NCBI RefSeq assembly: GCF_000015805.1
Contig: NC_009073.1
Coordinates: forward strand, 1,800,001-1,832,000
Origin: Pyrobaculum calidifontis JCM 11548
Lineage (GTDB): Archaea > Thermoproteota > Thermoprotei > Thermoproteales > Thermoproteaceae
Length of the DNA: 32,000 nt
Reading direction: 5' to 3'
Shown: one piece after another, positions 31,290 to 32,000 of the stretch
Numbering within the stretch: the first letter of the stretch is position 1
Layout of the letters: each line of letters opens with the position of its first letter
Translations under genes and position numbers: made by a program
The notes under the pieces: generated by a model
What the model saw: the letters and a program-made list of their open reading frames with translations, nothing else
Told to the model about the DNA's origin: nothing
Databases searched by the model: none

Positions 31290-32000
31290 TACCAGCGGTC
31301 ACGTACATACGCGTCTCCACTGAGGAGCAGGACCCGGAGAATCAGCGCCTTTACCTGGAGAAGTGGGCCTCTGAGCACGGCTTGGCCATTGTGAAGCACT
31401 ACGTGGACGTGGGAGTGTCGGGGGCCTCTGCGCCGTGGGAGAGGCCGGCTTTTCAGCGGCTGATGAGCGAGGTGGAGGCCCTGGAGCCCAAGCCGAGGGT
31501 CCTCCTCGTGTACGAGACCTCTAGGCTTGTGAGATCTTTCCAAGAGCTCTTCCACCTCCTCGACCTCGTGGAGAACAAGCTGGGGCTCGTGGTAGTGTCG
31601 GCGTCTGAGAGGGAGCAGGCGCTACAGTCCCTGGACGGGGTCTACCGCCAGTTCCTCCGGGCCGTCTTGGCATTCGTGGCCCACATGGAGCGGGAGTTCA
31701 TCCGCCAGAGGACGAAGGCGGCGCTCGAGAGGGCGAGGGCTGCGGGCAAGGTGAACAACGTGGCTGAGCGACACCCCGAGCTTGTGGAAGCGGTGGCCGA
31801 GTACTACAGGCAGAGCGGCTCTCTGAGAGAGACGGCCAGGGCCTTCGGCCTGTCGCTCTACGAGGTGAGGAGGCTCCTCGCCGTAGCGGGCCTCTACCGC
31901 CCCACCCCCTACACCTGCCCCAGGTGCTTCTCCCGCCTCAAGGTGGCCGAGCGAGACGTCAGAGTGGCCGGGGGGAGATACGCAGTGGTAGAACGCCTCT
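31286..32000 (+). CDS. serine recombinase (resolvase/invertase type), 3' end outside window; not in ORF track
   Basis: Hand translation is open to the window edge (238 codons). VTYIRVSTEEQ catalytic-Ser motif, SRLVRS, REFIRQRT, then HTH SLRETARAFGLSLYEVRRLL and the start of a CPRC zinc ribbon. Confidence 0.8.
   Translation, partial: MIPAVTYIRVSTEEQDPENQRLYLEKWASEHGLAIVKHYVDVGVSGASAPWERPAFQRLMSEVEALEPKPRVLLVYETSRLVRSFQELFHLLDLVENKLGLVVVSASEREQALQSLDGVYRQFLRAVLAFVAHMEREFIRQRTKAALERARAAGKVNNVAERHPELVEAVAEYYRQSGSLRETARAFGLSLYEVRRLLAVAGLYRPTPYTCPRCFSRLKVAERDVRVAGGRYAVVERL

Noticed and set aside
31151-31555. 134-aa minus-strand ORF at the right edge.
   Set aside because: It is antisense to the serine recombinase frame, which carries clear catalytic motifs.
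1-32000. CRISPR arrays, rRNA genes, and IS elements with terminal inverted repeats.
   Set aside because: No regularly spaced direct repeats, no rRNA-like conserved blocks, and no transposase other than the edge serine recombinase were seen on either strand.

Overview
High-GC archaeal chromosome segment, most consistent with a Pyrobaculum/Thermoproteus-type crenarchaeon. That placement is inference from A/T-rich TATA boxes 20-27 nt upstream of most start codons (leaderless mRNAs), intron-containing tRNAs, a fused subunit I+III oxidase, and Thr/Pro/Gln linkers with C-terminal anchors on exported proteins. No database search or computation was run; every family call rests on motifs read by eye.

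Layout:
- 1-6.9 kb: ABC-2 permease fragment, MFS transporter, small ferredoxin, then a nosL-nosL-nosD-nosF-nosY-like copper module with no nosZ in the window.
- 7.0-19.0 kb: a dense aerobic-respiration and cofactor-biogenesis cluster. It holds a SoxM-like A-type oxidase (subunit II, fused I+III), heme O synthase, a membrane-anchored mono-heme cytochrome c and Sco1. It also holds a Thermus-like B-type (ba3) oxidase, including a 39-aa subunit IIa ORF missed by the ORF track. A divergent operon encodes PCuAC, a putative heme A synthase and a CcmF-like cytochrome c lyase.
- 19.3-22.1 kb: an ORF-poor stretch carrying tRNA-Phe and tRNA-Gly, both with introns.
- 22.1-25.8 kb: MFS transporter, an orphan nuoB-nuoC pair, an MBL-fold hydrolase.
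- 25.8-27.4 kb: a more A+T-rich islet of small ORFs.
- 27.4-32.0 kb: DUF123, Sir2, a frameshifted secreted S16 (Lon-like) protease, and a serine recombinase module running off the right edge.

Three adjacent ORF pairs look like single genes broken at short poly-G runs: CoxII, an oxidase-linked membrane protein, and the S16 protease. This could be real slippage or decay, or it could be homopolymer sequencing error.

The best candidates for unexplored biology are the nosZ-less NosLDFY module beside two CuA oxidases and the three-pathway cofactor operon. Neither claim has been validated.
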